Below are positions 1 to 11,413 of a DNA stretch of 64,000 nucleotides, piece by piece. Origin of the DNA: Schizochytrium sp. TIO01 (taxonomy: Eukaryota > Protista > Bigyra: Labyrinthulomycetes); contig SMSO01000006.1 in the NCBI GenBank assembly GCA_004764695.1, forward strand, positions 1,131,859 through 1,195,858, in the 5' to 3' direction. Within the stretch, counting starts at the first letter, position 1. Each line of letters starts with the position of its first letter. The notes beneath the pieces are model-generated. The model did not search any database and had not been told where the DNA came from. It saw only the letters and a list, made by a program, of their open reading frames with translations. The translations under genes and the position numbers were made by a program.

Positions 1-2
1 TT

Positions 3-3000
3 TCGAAGTACTTTGCAGAAGGCTTTGAGGAGGTCGAAGTCGAGGAGGTCGATGGTGAACTCCGTGTTGTGAACAAGGATACCGGTGACCAACGTGACCA
101 AGGTGACGAAGCCCAGAGTAACAACAATAACACAGAACAACACGAGATTCAGCATGGCCAAAGTCAACAGCTTGGATTTCAGGATGGTCAACAATATTAT
201 GATGACCAACAGTACTGTGCTCCCTCTCCAGAGTACTCGCAAGATGATCAGCAATACATATCAAACGGTCTTGGCTCACAGATGACGTTACAACAGGAGC
301 ATAGTACCTCTCAAAACTACCCATATTCCTCTTACGAGCATGGCAAGCTGCAAGCTCAACATGAACATGAACATGAACCATATGTTCATGAAGGCTATGG
401 TACATCTCAGAATGGTGACTATGCTGACTATAATAACTATACAGATTCATCAGGTCAAAGTCAGCAACACGGATATCACTACCCTGCACAATATAGCCAG
501 GAGCAAAGTGACAATCTGAGTCCACAACAAGCAATATCGCAAGCCGATACACAAAATTGGCAGTCGAATTCATATCATCAGGGCTTTGATGGTCAGGGAT
601 ACAGCTCACCCCCACACCACAGTCAACCTTACCAAGAACCGTTTTATCAGCAGCAGAACACATGGACTAAAACTCATGGGGAGAGCGCGAGCCAGGCGTG
701 GGATGAGCAGCAACAAGAAGGATTCAACTATCCAAATGATGGTGAAGAGGTTAACGATGGAGCTGCAAGCTTGTTTGGAAACTCAACAGAGGAGGATCCA
801 TTCACTCTTCCTCCTCAAAACGATAGCAATAGTCAATCTTCACAAATGATCTCACTGTCTGAACAAAGGCAGTTCCCTTCCACGCAACAATTCAACAGCA
901 CGTTGAGTGACTCATCATCCAGTAGTCCTTCTAGCAATGGTCTAGCTGCAAGCGCAGCTAAAATCCCAAACCCTGATAATTCTGTTTATTTATCGCAAAG
1001 CTCTTCCAAATCTGCCTTGTCACTCCCTGATGACACCAGCAACCAAGACCAGTTGCAGCAGCAACAAAACCAGCAATACCAAGAGCAAGAGTCATTTGAT
1101 GTGCTACAAACTCAATCTAATGAGCAGGTTTCATTACACAATGGTGTACAATCTGTCAATTTGGGTTTGCAAAGCCATAATGCATTGTCCGAGCGGAATG
1201 ATTACCAGTACAATGCCCCAGTGCATAACATGGAAGATCAGTTCCCTGCATATTCATCTCAGGATGTCGAGGAGGAGCCATCGGATATGATTTATAAAAG
1301 TAGCGGCTTGCAAGAACAAGAGGAAACTGTCTTTGAAAGGCATGAGGGTGCTGATAATGTTCCTGAGCCCACCCCAAGCGCATCATCACCGAATCCGTCT
1401 AAAGAAAATGTATCATCGGGATCTAGTTTTTCGAATGTGTTTGGAAAACGCCTAACTCAACAATTTCGCAAACTCAGGGAGTTCACAAGAACTCCTCAGG
1501 ACGGATCCTCTGATGATATCTTTTCTGCTGCTCCAGATGTCAAAGAAAAAGAAACCGAGCATTCTGCCAATATTCAACATGACTCTTCACCAGACATGGA
1601 TGTTAGTTTGGAGGATGACAAACAAAATACAAAGAGTGATAGAGACGCCTTTCGAGAGGTCGATCTTGATGCTAGTATGGAGTCAATTGATTTGTTTGGT
1701 AAAAGCCCATCGCCTAAGGCGAAACACATTGGCAGACTCCCGACAACGATTGAAGATGTACCGTTACACTCAACAGGGAACATCCTTCAAGATGAGGAGG
1801 ATGTCCAAGATGACATTTTTTCACAGAGCCCCCGCAAGTCAAGGCGCCCGAACTCATTTGAAAATCCTCGTGAGCAAACGTCAATCTCAAATATGGTCTC
1901 TGATGAAAATTCTCCAATCGCAGGTAGCACAAACTTTGTTGATTCTCCGCAACACCCCGACAAATCAAATGAAGTCAACGATATTCATGAAAGTAAAAAG
2001 TCTAAGAGCGGAGGTGGAGTAGGAGGCTTTTTCAGTGCTGCTCTCGGCCTGCAAGCAATCTCGCATGAAGATACAGAAGATCTGCTGCGTCTTGATGAAA
2101 GAGAACAGGAACTACGAGACCTAGAACTCTCTCTTGCAGAGCGCGAGGCTAATGTTGAGTTTTCTGAAACGCGAGTCCGCCATTTACAAGAGAGTTTTGA
2201 TGAGGAGATAGAAAGACTTTTGCAAGAGAAAACTGCCGAGCTCGAGCACAGTCTTCGTATTGCTCAAGATGCGAAAGCTCAAACAGAACTTGAAATGGGT
2301 GATTGTCGACATGAATTGAAACAAATTCAAGATCAACTCTCCTCAATACATGCAAAGAACGAACATCTCGAAGCTATGAAGCAACAGAACAACGACGAAA
2401 TTGAAAAGCTTAATCAAGAAATTGTTCGTCTCACGGATGACTTGAAGAACCGCACGGAGAGTTTTGAAGAAAATATTCGTCAATACAATTTAAGAGACCA
2501 ACAAAGCACGATACGGATAAGGGAGCTGGAGGCTGCAGTTGCCATTCAACAGCAAAGTCCTTCCAACCCTGATTGTGAGAATTATGATATATCAGAGATT
2601 AGAGACTGGAATAAAAAACACCAGGCGCATCTTACCCGGATTGCAGAATTAGAACAAGCCTTGCAAAATCAATCTATTAACGAGCAAAGTAAAGAGGAAG
2701 GTCAACACCTCGTTTCTAATTTAGAGAATTTAGAACGTGTTCTGCAAGAGCGCGAAACCAAAATTGAAATACTTGAGCAAGAATTGTCGCAATATCGAGA
2801 GATGCAAAACACCCAAGATAGCTCGAGTCTCTTCCAGTCAGAGTCACCGCAGAATGATGGCACTGGACTGAGTGTACCGCACGGTTCTAAAAACGACCCG
2901 TTTGCCATCTCATCTGAACAAAGTGCTCAGGTACAAGAACTTGAGCAAAAGTGTCAAGATCAAGCTAATTTCATTCGAGAATTACAAGAAAGGCTTGCCC

Positions 3001-4562
3001 TAGCACCAGGCCAGACGCAAAGTGATCAATCCAGTAACAACCTCACTACTAGTTCTCATGAAGTAATGCCGTTGGAACATGATACTTCGTTTGATACCTT
3101 GCAACGGCTATGCAAGGAGCAAGAAGTCGAAATCTTAAGGTATCGTGCTCAAGCTGAATCATCTGAAACCGCGGCTAGTGATTTGCAAATCCAAATTTGT
3201 GGTTTGCAAACATCACTCAACGAAGCAAGTGAAGCTCGCTCTGCTGCCGAAGCAACCCTTGTAGCTCTTCAGGCTCGTTTGGCAAGTTCTGACGACACTG
3301 TGTCGCAGTATGAGGAACTGCAGAAATCGCATGAATTGCAAAGCACACGTATTGCAAATCTGGAGGCGAAATGCACTGAGTACGCTGCACGAATCAAGTC
3401 TTTAGACCACGGAGAAGACCAACAGCGTGCTGAGGCACTTCGTGTAACCATGTCTGTTTTTGCAGCTGAGATGCGTGATTTAAAAACTGTAGACGAGAAG
3501 GAGGATCTCATTAATAGTGTAGTTGACTCTGTCAACTCTTCTTCAGGAAGCCCTACTTTTATACTGCTTCAAGCCGGTCTCATTGCTAGCCTACGTAATC
3601 GTCTCGCCTCTCTTCGTGCCGCAGCTGATTCACCTGACCCGATGTCTCCCTCCTCCTTGGATAATGGAAGTTTAAATGCTGCAGAGGAAACCGTTGTAAC
3701 GGAGTCCGATTCTCCAGAGTGCAAAGATGAGAGCGATTGTGTTTATCTTGTTCGTCAATACATCGCTCAAGGCCGTACTTTACCTCTTTCAACCCTCGAA
3801 GCACTTTGCGAGCAAACAGCTTCCGGTCGGAAAGCTATGTGGGCATCTTCTGCTGCTCAAGTAGACGAAGCTATTGCAATGACGACCAAAATTCTTGAGA
3901 AAGCTTTCACAAAGTCATCAGCTCAGGGAGGAGAAAGTACCGCCCAGGTGGACGCGGTTAATAAATTGCAGGAGTCATCATATGCCTCCAAAGGATCAGA
4001 TAGTGCTTCACTGGAAGAACTCGGAGATTTGATCGTTGCGAAAGTTCGTATATCTGCAACCTCAGATGAGACAACAACTCTAAGAAGAGACTTTGCGAAG
4101 GTTGCAAAATCATATTTAAGTCTACTTCAAGAGAAGAAGGCTTTGGCACTTCGTGCCGAATCGTCTTCATCTCCAATCGTAAACAATCCAGAAGCAAACG
4201 AGGCAGAAAACAGTGTTGCACTATCTAAGGCTGAAGCAGGGGAAAAGAGGGCAAACTCAAACGAGGTTTCTTCTTCTTCGGTTAGTAGCGGCAATTTGGT
4301 GGATAAAAAGCTAGCGGCTTCAGTGGTAGCTACTTGTATTGAACGCAACTGTCGGCGCGATTGTCTTGAAGTTGTGTCTCGAGTACTCGACTTCGATGAG
4401 GATGAACGCAAACGAGTTGGGTTAGTTCGCAGCGGTGGGTTCTGGGATTCTTTCCTTCCTGACTGGTCTCGAGGACAAGCTAGAGCAGAGTCAATTAATA
4501 TGAATGACCGCAAGTTTTCTGACCTTTTGAATGACTTTGTGAACGACGAAATTCATCAGTAG
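3..4562 (+). CDS. Golgin-like coiled-coil protein with C-terminal GRAB domain (GMAP-210/Rud3-like); 5' end lies outside the window
   Basis: Frame is open from base 3 (SKYFAEGFEEV...), so the listed GTG at 69 is not the start. Q/S-rich N-terminus, long heptad coiled coil, and C-terminal VDKKLAASVVATCI...CLEVVSRVLDFDEDERKRVGL...GFW resembling the GRAB motif. Confidence 0.7.
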   Translation, partial: SKYFAEGFEEVEVEEVDGELRVVNKDTGDQRDQGDEAQSNNNNTEQHEIQHGQSQQLGFQDGQQYYDDQQYCAPSPEYSQDDQQYISNGLGSQMTLQQEHSTSQNYPYSSYEHGKLQAQHEHEHEPYVHEGYGTSQNGDYADYNNYTDSSGQSQQHGYHYPAQYSQEQSDNLSPQQAISQADTQNWQSNSYHQGFDGQGYSSPPHHSQPYQEPFYQQQNTWTKTHGESASQAWDEQQQEGFNYPNDGEEVNDGAASLFGNSTEEDPFTLPPQNDSNSQSSQMISLSEQRQFPSTQQFNSTLSDSSSSSPSSNGLAASAAKIPNPDNSVYLSQSSSKSALSLPDDTSNQDQLQQQQNQQYQEQESFDVLQTQSNEQVSLHNGVQSVNLGLQSHNALSERNDYQYNAPVHNMEDQFPAYSSQDVEEEPSDMIYKSSGLQEQEETVFERHEGADNVPEPTPSASSPNPSKENVSSGSSFSNVFGKRLTQQFRKLREFTRTPQDGSSDDIFSAAPDVKEKETEHSANIQHDSSPDMDVSLEDDKQNTKSDRDAFREVDLDASMESIDLFGKSPSPKAKHIGRLPTTIEDVPLHSTGNILQDEEDVQDDIFSQSPRKSRRPNSFENPREQTSISNMVSDENSPIAGSTNFVDSPQHPDKSNEVNDIHESKKSKSGGGVGGFFSAALGLQAISHEDTEDLLRLDEREQELRDLELSLAEREANVEFSETRVRHLQESFDEEIERLLQEKTAELEHSLRIAQDAKAQTELEMGDCRHELKQIQDQLSSIHAKNEHLEAMKQQNNDEIEKLNQEIVRLTDDLKNRTESFEENIRQYNLRDQQSTIRIRELEAAVAIQQQSPSNPDCENYDISEIRDWNKKHQAHLTRIAELEQALQNQSINEQSKEEGQHLVSNLENLERVLQERETKIEILEQELSQYREMQNTQDSSSLFQSESPQNDGTGLSVPHGSKNDPFAISSEQSAQVQELEQKCQDQANFIRELQERLALAPGQTQSDQSSNNLTTSSHEVMPLEHDTSFDTLQRLCKEQEVEILRYRAQAESSETAASDLQIQICGLQTSLNEASEARSAAEATLVALQARLASSDDTVSQYEELQKSHELQSTRIANLEAKCTEYAARIKSLDHGEDQQRAEALRVTMSVFAAEMRDLKTVDEKEDLINSVVDSVNSSSGSPTFILLQAGLIASLRNRLASLRAAADSPDPMSPSSLDNGSLNAAEETVVTESDSPECKDESDCVYLVRQYIAQGRTLPLSTLEALCEQTASGRKAMWASSAAQVDEAIAMTTKILEKAFTKSSAQGGESTAQVDAVNKLQESSYASKGSDSASLEELGDLIVAKVRISATSDETTTLRRDFAKVAKSYLSLLQEKKALALRAESSSSPIVNNPEANEAENSVALSKAEAGEKRANSNEVSSSSVSSGNLVDKKLAASVVATCIERNCRRDCLEVVSRVLDFDEDERKRVGLVRSGGFWDSFLPDWSRGQARAESINMNDRKFSDLLNDFVNDEIHQ

Positions 4563-4800
4563 ACCCGGTTCAGCTTCTATATTCTTTATGAGAATGTGTA
4601 TGCAATAGTTTCTTTTGGAAAGAGATCATATATTCACTTCCTTTTTTTTCATTGAAGAGTACAACAAAGTATAGATGCATCCAAAACATTTTTTCCTTTT
4701 CTATATTCTTGACTATCGAGTGTAGGGGCAGTGCAAGGGATATTACTGGAGGGCAAATTGTCCAAGTTGTGGCCTAAACTTGCTTAGAGCTTTCATAATC

Positions 4801-5973
4801 TCACGCTTCCACTGCAGAGATAAACAAGTTTGCGAGCGGAAAGACCATTTCAAGCTCCCGGCGGTGCGTGCTGAAAAACTCTGCACATTTTTTTGGGATC
4901 GTAGCAGAAGCTCCGGTCTTCCGGCCATTCAAGCAAACATTGAGATAGTAGAGAAATGCACGCCACGACTTCCCACCTTGCATATGAGCCACACAGTATA
5001 AAGTTCGAGCAAGGCAGTATTCCTCTGTAACACTTAATCTGATAGAGGCGTACGCATCTTCACTATCAGGCGTAGCAAATAGATGCAGAGCAAAACCGTG
5101 AGGTGACCCGGGAACAGAATCCATGGTAAAACAACCCGGGCGAAGGGTGTATGTCTTTCTAGTTGAACTGCCTTCTTCACCTGCGGAGCCGCGATTCATA
5201 ACTGCCACAGAAAGCGTTTTTGCTTCAGGGTGAATTTGAACAAGGCAGTCTTTGCTCTCAATGCCTTTCCCAAGAATGATCTGAGCGGAGCATCGAAATA
5301 CTGCCCCCAAAGGTTCTGCGTCCTTCTTCTTTTTGATTGGAGCTTTTTTCTTGGCCTCTACTGGTTTTGTTACGACGGATTCCTTAGACACGGGAGATCT
5401 TGGGGAAAAGTTCTTTGACTCCGGGGCTTCCACTGATTTCTCGCAGGAGAATGAATGCAAAGCAAATTTAGAAACTGGTTCGGCAAATCCATCCCCCAAA
5501 GCAAAAGATGGACGCAGCGGGGCTTCATCCATAGGCACAAGAGGCGGTGGCATATCGTCATCGTCATCATCACCATCATCATTACTTACGTTGACAGATA
5601 GCTTGGGCTTATCACTGTTCTTGTTCTTAGAGCTATCCTGTTTAGGGCAATTTAGCTTTGTCTTCTCACATTTGCCATTCTTTGTCACTGTAATACGACA
5701 GAGGGAGTCATCTTCGTTGTCGTCACCGTCCTCATCTTTGGACTCAACTTCATCAGTCATGAAGCGAACCGTTTTTGTTTTGGCATAAGGATCTGGATTG
5801 TAGTTCATCAAGGAGAATGGAGAAGTAGGCGGGTCGTTGTCTCTTTTTTTTGATGCCACAGCCTTCTGATTCTCCGAAGTACTATGGTAGCTGCTTACAC
5901 TGTCTGAATCGTCTTCTTCGTCATGAGCCTCCTGAAAGGTGCCTAACAGCCCGAAGTTCCCACGGAGAGGCAT
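4801..5973 (-). CDS. Hypothetical protein (acidic disordered N-half, globular C-half)
   Basis: About 390-codon ORF; first ATG at 5973 (MPLRGNF); no family recognised. Confidence 0.65.
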   Translation of the reverse strand: MPLRGNFGLLGTFQEAHDEEDDSDSVSSYHSTSENQKAVASKKRDNDPPTSPFSLMNYNPDPYAKTKTVRFMTDEVESKDEDGDDNEDDSLCRITVTKNGKCEKTKLNCPKQDSSKNKNSDKPKLSVNVSNDDGDDDDDDMPPPLVPMDEAPLRPSFALGDGFAEPVSKFALHSFSCEKSVEAPESKNFSPRSPVSKESVVTKPVEAKKKAPIKKKKDAEPLGAVFRCSAQIILGKGIESKDCLVQIHPEAKTLSVAVMNRGSAGEEGSSTRKTYTLRPGCFTMDSVPGSPHGFALHLFATPDSEDAYASIRLSVTEEYCLARTLYCVAHMQGGKSWRAFLYYLNVCLNGRKTGASATIPKKCAEFFSTHRRELEMVFPLANLFISAVEA

Positions 5974-7777
5974 ACTGAAATAAAGGGTATATTCCTTGAC
6001 CACGCCAAATCTAAGCCCTGATCAAATGTGGAGTTGCAACAACACCAGGTGTATGTCGAGTTATGTCGTCCAAAAGCACAACAAGAGCGTGCCACTGTTT
6101 TTTTGCACAGTTAAAGCTCTTTTGCGTGACTAACTATAAAAGTAACCTCGCACAGAGTGATATCCACGTTGAGTGTCAGCGTTGCGGCCTGACTACTTTT
6201 GAGTTGGCTATGCACAGAGTCGCAACAGAAACAACTCAAGCCCGATTAGTTTCTTATTTGCTTCCCGATTACAATGTATGCTGTTATGTTGTTCAATATA
6301 TAACATACTACTGTATAGGAAAAACAAGACTGGTCAACCCTGTTAAACTGTTATGACGACATTTAAGCGAGCAATGTATAAATCATGAGCATTGATAACT
6401 TTAACAGGTATAGGATGGACTCCATTTTGTTTCAATAGTGTAGCATAAATATGTTTATACATATCCCTCTTTTGTTCCGGTTTGCGTTAAAACGATTTTT
6501 TCCTATGACAACATTTTCCTAGTGAAAAAATTAACCGCTATAGAGTTTGACAAGGAAAAAATGGACATTGGATTTGTCTAAAGCCTATCTTTTGTGAAAT
6601 TTATCAGGCTTTCATTTAAACATCCTAAAATATTGAATATAATGTACTCTGAGAAAGACAACACGCGAGGCTTGGTTTTCTACTACCTGTATTAGTTCAT
6701 GCCACTCAACAATTTCACCTCCCCTACCCAGTTGCGGGTACTTTGCGGTTGCCAAAGTAAAGTAGGCTTTCACTAGCTCAAGTCTTTCTGTAACCGTGTG
6801 GACAAGAGTACGGACACCCTTCTACAACAACTGGGATATATGATGTCGAACGGATCTATTTAGTTTAACCTATCGATAAATCAAAAAAATAAAATGAGAA
6901 GTGTATTTTAGTAAGTATCAATGGCGACGCGTTAGAGCTTCTTGTTGGTGCAAAAGAATTTACAAGCAGCCTCAATGTAGTCCTCTCTACCTCTAATCCA
7001 TCTTCTGTGCGCTTTGTGTCGTAATATATCCATGTCGTCCGGTCGCGGATTTTAACCTTAGTTTCTGTTCATCAAGTAGGTATTTGTAAAACCTGTCAGC
7101 CTAGGTACCTCTAATTTTTAAACGTGGTAAACCTTGGAAATAAATAGTATATAGTTACTAGCTAGCTAGCTAGGGTGGTACAGCTAATTAATAAAGAGAA
7201 AAGAAAGAAAAACAAAGAAAAGGAATTCGCCAGGCTTTCTAATATTCTGTTTGAGTCAACACTTCTGATCATGTATTTTGATATACCGCGTCCTGCACTA
7301 TAAAAACTGATGTCAGTCCATTGCACTAATTCGCTTCCACGCATCCTCCTCCACCCTCCCCAATTCGATACGCAATGCACTACAGTTTTACCTGGTGAAG
7401 CGTCAAATTTTCTCGTAGCACTACTTCTAATTTACAAGGGACCAAAACATGCATGCAAATGTTCGCAGCGCCACATTTGCATTTCGTCCAATCCTCCAAA
7501 GTGACGATGACGCTATATTCTGCAAACTCCACTTTTTAGTCTGATCTTCGAAAGAATTCCTTCGACGTGCTCATGACAACAAACCTACTTCTATCGTCGA
7601 GATTGAAGGTAGTGCATGCACTACAATTGAGCGCGGAGCACAAGTAGACCAAGTAGTTTTGCTTCATCTCGGTAGGTACCTGGGAATATATACATTTGCT
7701 AGAGTGGATGTGAAAGCAGAAGCCCATTTGTAATCCCCTCTCTGCTTCTGCAATCGTCAATACAAAGGGGCTGGCTG

Positions 7778-7820
7778 ACCCTAACCTGGTTCCACCCTAA
7801 CCTAACCTAACCTAACCTGG
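7778..7820 (+). repeat. Short interstitial telomere-like (CCTAA)n / telo-box-like tract upstream of MRPL43
   Basis: ACCCTAACCTGG...ACCCTAACCTAACCTAACCTAACCTGG read directly, about 255 bp upstream of the MRPL43 ATG. Confidence 0.7.
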
Positions 7821-8075
7821 CCCTGCACGGTCTATTCTATAAAGTGGCCTATTAGTTTCTCCGATGAGCTCATTATTTCTCCTATTGGGCCAGAATCGCC
7901 GAGCCACGAGCGGCAGGGAAGCAGCAAGCAGCGCGAGGACGGCAGAGCGCAAGACGGACAGCCTCGCACCACTCCACCTGTCGCGGCGACAGAGGTATCT
8001 GGTGCTGTGAAGAGCTGGAGCCCTTTCCACGCTCGCCCCTTTGCAACTTTTCCGCGTGTCTAATCAACCAAGAAA

Positions 8076-8465
8076 ATGTGCTCTCGCGGCGTGTGGCAGC
8101 TCGAGCGCCTGACCATTCGGTACTGCCAGAACGGAGGCAGCAGCACCGGCACCCGGCAGTTCATTCGCCAGTTTCTTGGTCCCTTCGCAGAGAAGAACCC
8201 TCAGATTCAGATTGATGTAATCAGGCGCCCGAACCGGCACCCTGTGGTGCTCGGTGAGTACCGCAGCGCTGACCCAAAGACAGTGGACTTGCGCAAGAAG
8301 TCCGCAGATGAAGTCCTCGAGGCACTCACGGGTCTCCGCAACCAGAAGGGCCACAAGGTCGTCAGAATCAAGAAGCCTGTCTTCTCAAAGAACCCTTCCG
8401 TCCAGGGTGAGTGGCGCCAAGATGTCACCAAGGACGTGGAGTTCACCATCAAGGACCTCGACTAA
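8076..8465 (+). CDS. MRPL43: Mitochondrial large-subunit ribosomal protein mL43
   Basis: MCSRGVWQLERLTIRYC...GSSTGTRQFI...FAEKNPQI...HPVVLGEY...NPSVQGEW, the typical mL43 (L51/S25/CI-B8) pattern. Confidence 0.92.
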   Translation: MCSRGVWQLERLTIRYCQNGGSSTGTRQFIRQFLGPFAEKNPQIQIDVIRRPNRHPVVLGEYRSADPKTVDLRKKSADEVLEALTGLRNQKGHKVVRIKKPVFSKNPSVQGEWRQDVTKDVEFTIKDLD

Positions 8466-9475
8466 ACCACCAAACTTGAGAATGCCTGCATAAATACGTA
8501 GTCGATTATTACCTGTCAGCTTGATTGTTGTTTTCCAGACTGCTCCTTGTTGCTTGCGAATTTAACGCGGGCACGCATGTTCTTAGAAAGGCGAGGATGA
8601 TGGTAATAGACCTCTTTGTCTACTTACTGTTGTGTCTTGTAGCTCTTGTCTTCAAACTGATGGTGTGAGGATTTACGCACTTGCTTTCCAAGTAAACAAC
8701 AAATACGGGGTTCAAGTAGACATGATGCTCGCAATAGTCGTGACTTCGCAGCAACTTACAATTAATGTGTTCATCATCATCACCGCCATTAGCAAACGAA
8801 ATCACCAAACCCCATAAACTCCATCATTTTACTCCGTTTTAAAATTTTACTCCTCTTTGATTCTTGAAATAACTCTTTTGAGTCCTCTCCTTCAATAAAA
8901 TATTGATGTTACAAGGGGCAATTTCTGTAAAACCAGCCATAATTATCTCCGTCTTTCCCTCTCTCTCTCTCTCTCTCAGAACATTTAACAATCATAATTC
9001 TATATGGGAAGCTCAGGAAAACAAACTCTTCGTGCTAAACGTTAACTATTCAAGCTCACAAAGTTTAGCAAAAAACCTGAGTGAAAGCTTTGGACCATTT
9101 CTTCTTTCATATATAATCACAAAGTTCTCAATCTCGAAAATCATGCCCGCATAAAACCATGCAGATAAGAGAGGGTCGTTATAGTTTCAAGCATCTTTAT
9201 AGGATCCACCTCGCTCTAACTCCACTCTCACGCCCTTGCATGCTTTCTACTCCATCTCTCATGTGCTTCTCTGGTCTACTAGGTATTAGCACGTACCCAT
9301 ACAGTTTCTTGATGGCTTACTTGCTGTTAATGATATCAACTCCTAGTATCTTAATATTGGGATGACACATGAGTGAGTACAACGTCCACATTGCTTTATC
9401 GTCAGAACCTCTTTCTGCGCAAAACTATTTTGTAGGTTTCCCCAAAGCTTGTATAAACTGAATTTACAAGCAAGC

Positions 9476-10813
9476 ATGCGGGAGATCGACGTAGAAACAA
9501 GGAGGTCGGCTCTTCTTGGTTCGTCGAGTAAGGGTAGCAGCGTACGTAGTAGCGTGAGCAGCGACAGCTCATTACTAAAGACGCCAATGCCGGCAACCTC
9601 TAGTGAGGTCCCAGCACGTGAACTCTCGAGCCGAAAAACTGCACAAGCAATAAATGTTCATGAAGAAATCTTGGAGCACAAAATTGATCAGGGCCTCCTA
9701 CCGTCATCCCTGAGGAGAGGCAATAACAAACAAGTTGAGAGAAAAAGGCAAGATGGAAACAATCAATCTGCTGGGCAAACTGAGACTAGCTCAACGCGAC
9801 TGACGGGCGCAAAGCAGTCATGCTTTAGCCCTCAAGCTGTTGCGTGCTCTGCTCTCGGAGATGAGCTTCAACATTTACACAAGGTTATCTTACGCCATGG
9901 CGGGGGAATTTGGGCCCTCTCTGAGGTGCCTGGTGTCAGCGAGGACACCGTGCGGGAATGGGAAAAGGTGAACAAATGCCCTGTCGCAATCGAGGTTTTA
10001 GACTTTTACAGGGCTACTGATGGCCTCCTTGTTCGTTGGGCAGTACCTTTATTTGGCCGTGTCAAAGATATTGGATGCATTCACATAAACTCCCTTCACT
10101 ATGTCGTAGAACTAGAGCAGGGAAGTCTTCACGGTGGGGCGCTTGCAGGGCGACGTGTGTTTGTTCTGAGCAACCAGAAACGCGTAGGGTGTACTGCGTT
10201 AGTGTATCCACGCTTGTTTGTTAGAGCTGAGCAACCTGAGGTATGGTTTTGTGATTTGTCTGGATTTTGGCATTTCCTGGCTGCTTCATTTTCAGATTAC
10301 GTGCGCCTCTTGCTTGTACATCTAGGGGTTCGGGGGTGGGAGTACGCCTTCACTCCAGCGGGATTAGACCCGGTACGTTTATGTTATTGGGATGGTGGTG
10401 TTAAGGTTGAATAATACTAACTATTACACAACTACAAATGTGATTTTATGTGCCTCTTTGCGTAGGATACAACACAATGGCTTCGGTTGATGGCCCCGGA
10501 GCGTCTTGCAATAGATGCTGCTCGTGCATGCTTTCCAATTAGGGATAATGATTCGTCTCGAGCGCCTGCAACAGAACGGGAATTTTCTTTGGACTGGGTA
10601 GATGCTCCGAAGACACAAGACGATAAACATTCTGTCGAGAGCGATACGTCAAGTTCGCGAGGAAATGTCGTCAAGTCCAAGTCAGGAATTCCCAAGAAGA
10701 AAAAGCTTTCTACATCCGCAAGCAGAAAACAACTCGTTAAACGTAAAGTGAAAACTACTAAACCTTCCAATGGACCTGTCCTGCGACCTGAGTCGGCACC
10801 AGTTCGTCGATAA
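9476..10813 (+). CDS. TPGS2: Tubulin polyglutamylase complex subunit 2-like (SMI1/KNR4 fold); exons 9476-10372, 10466-10813
   Basis: EWEKVN..P...LDFYRATDGLLVRW and VWFCDLSGFWHFLAASFSDYVRLLLVHLGVRGWEYAFT match TPGS2. A 93-nt intron (GTACGT...TACTAAC...TAG, 10373-10465) joins the two ORFs in frame. Confidence 0.8.
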
Positions 10814-11413
10814 ACTTATTTGTACTCTAAACTTTGATAAAATGCATATATATACACAACGAAGAATGCTAAATGGCTGTTGCCTGTTTATGTTTGTCAA
10901 TAGCATGTGTCAAACTGTTGCCGCTTACTCAGGAACAGATATTCGTCTGATCATGGGTGTCAACAATGCAAGCTGTCGGAAAGATATACTTGATTTTAAC
11001 AGCAATTTAACGTCAACACTAGCAGATACCCAAGACGGCTATAACATCACTATTGCCAAAAGTTGGATTAAAAGAAATAAAGTGAAAAGCTATATATTAT
11101 TTTATTCGTTGTGATTGAAGAGCCACAAGTTACATTCACATCATCACGAATGCACACTAAACAAGCACCTTTATCGGTAGGTCTATATGCAGCACTAAAA
11201 TGATTACATGTAGGCATTCAAGTTGTATCGCACGAAGTTAGAGCGCGCTTTTGCACAAGCGAAATTTTAAAATGAGGGAACGATATTTAATTTGTTGTGA
11301 AACGTAAAGCTAGAGGCTAAATATGCATGATTGCAAATGTATATGAAATGAATGCCTAGATTCATTCTCCAAGTATGTAGCAGCAAGTGAAATATATGAG
11401 CATTCTCTCTAAT

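Noticed and set aside
6461-6839. ATAT|CCC...GGG|ATAT as a possible non-autonomous partner of the transposon
   Set aside because: Inverted similarity extends only a few bases and the GGACGTA palindrome is absent; consistent with chance.
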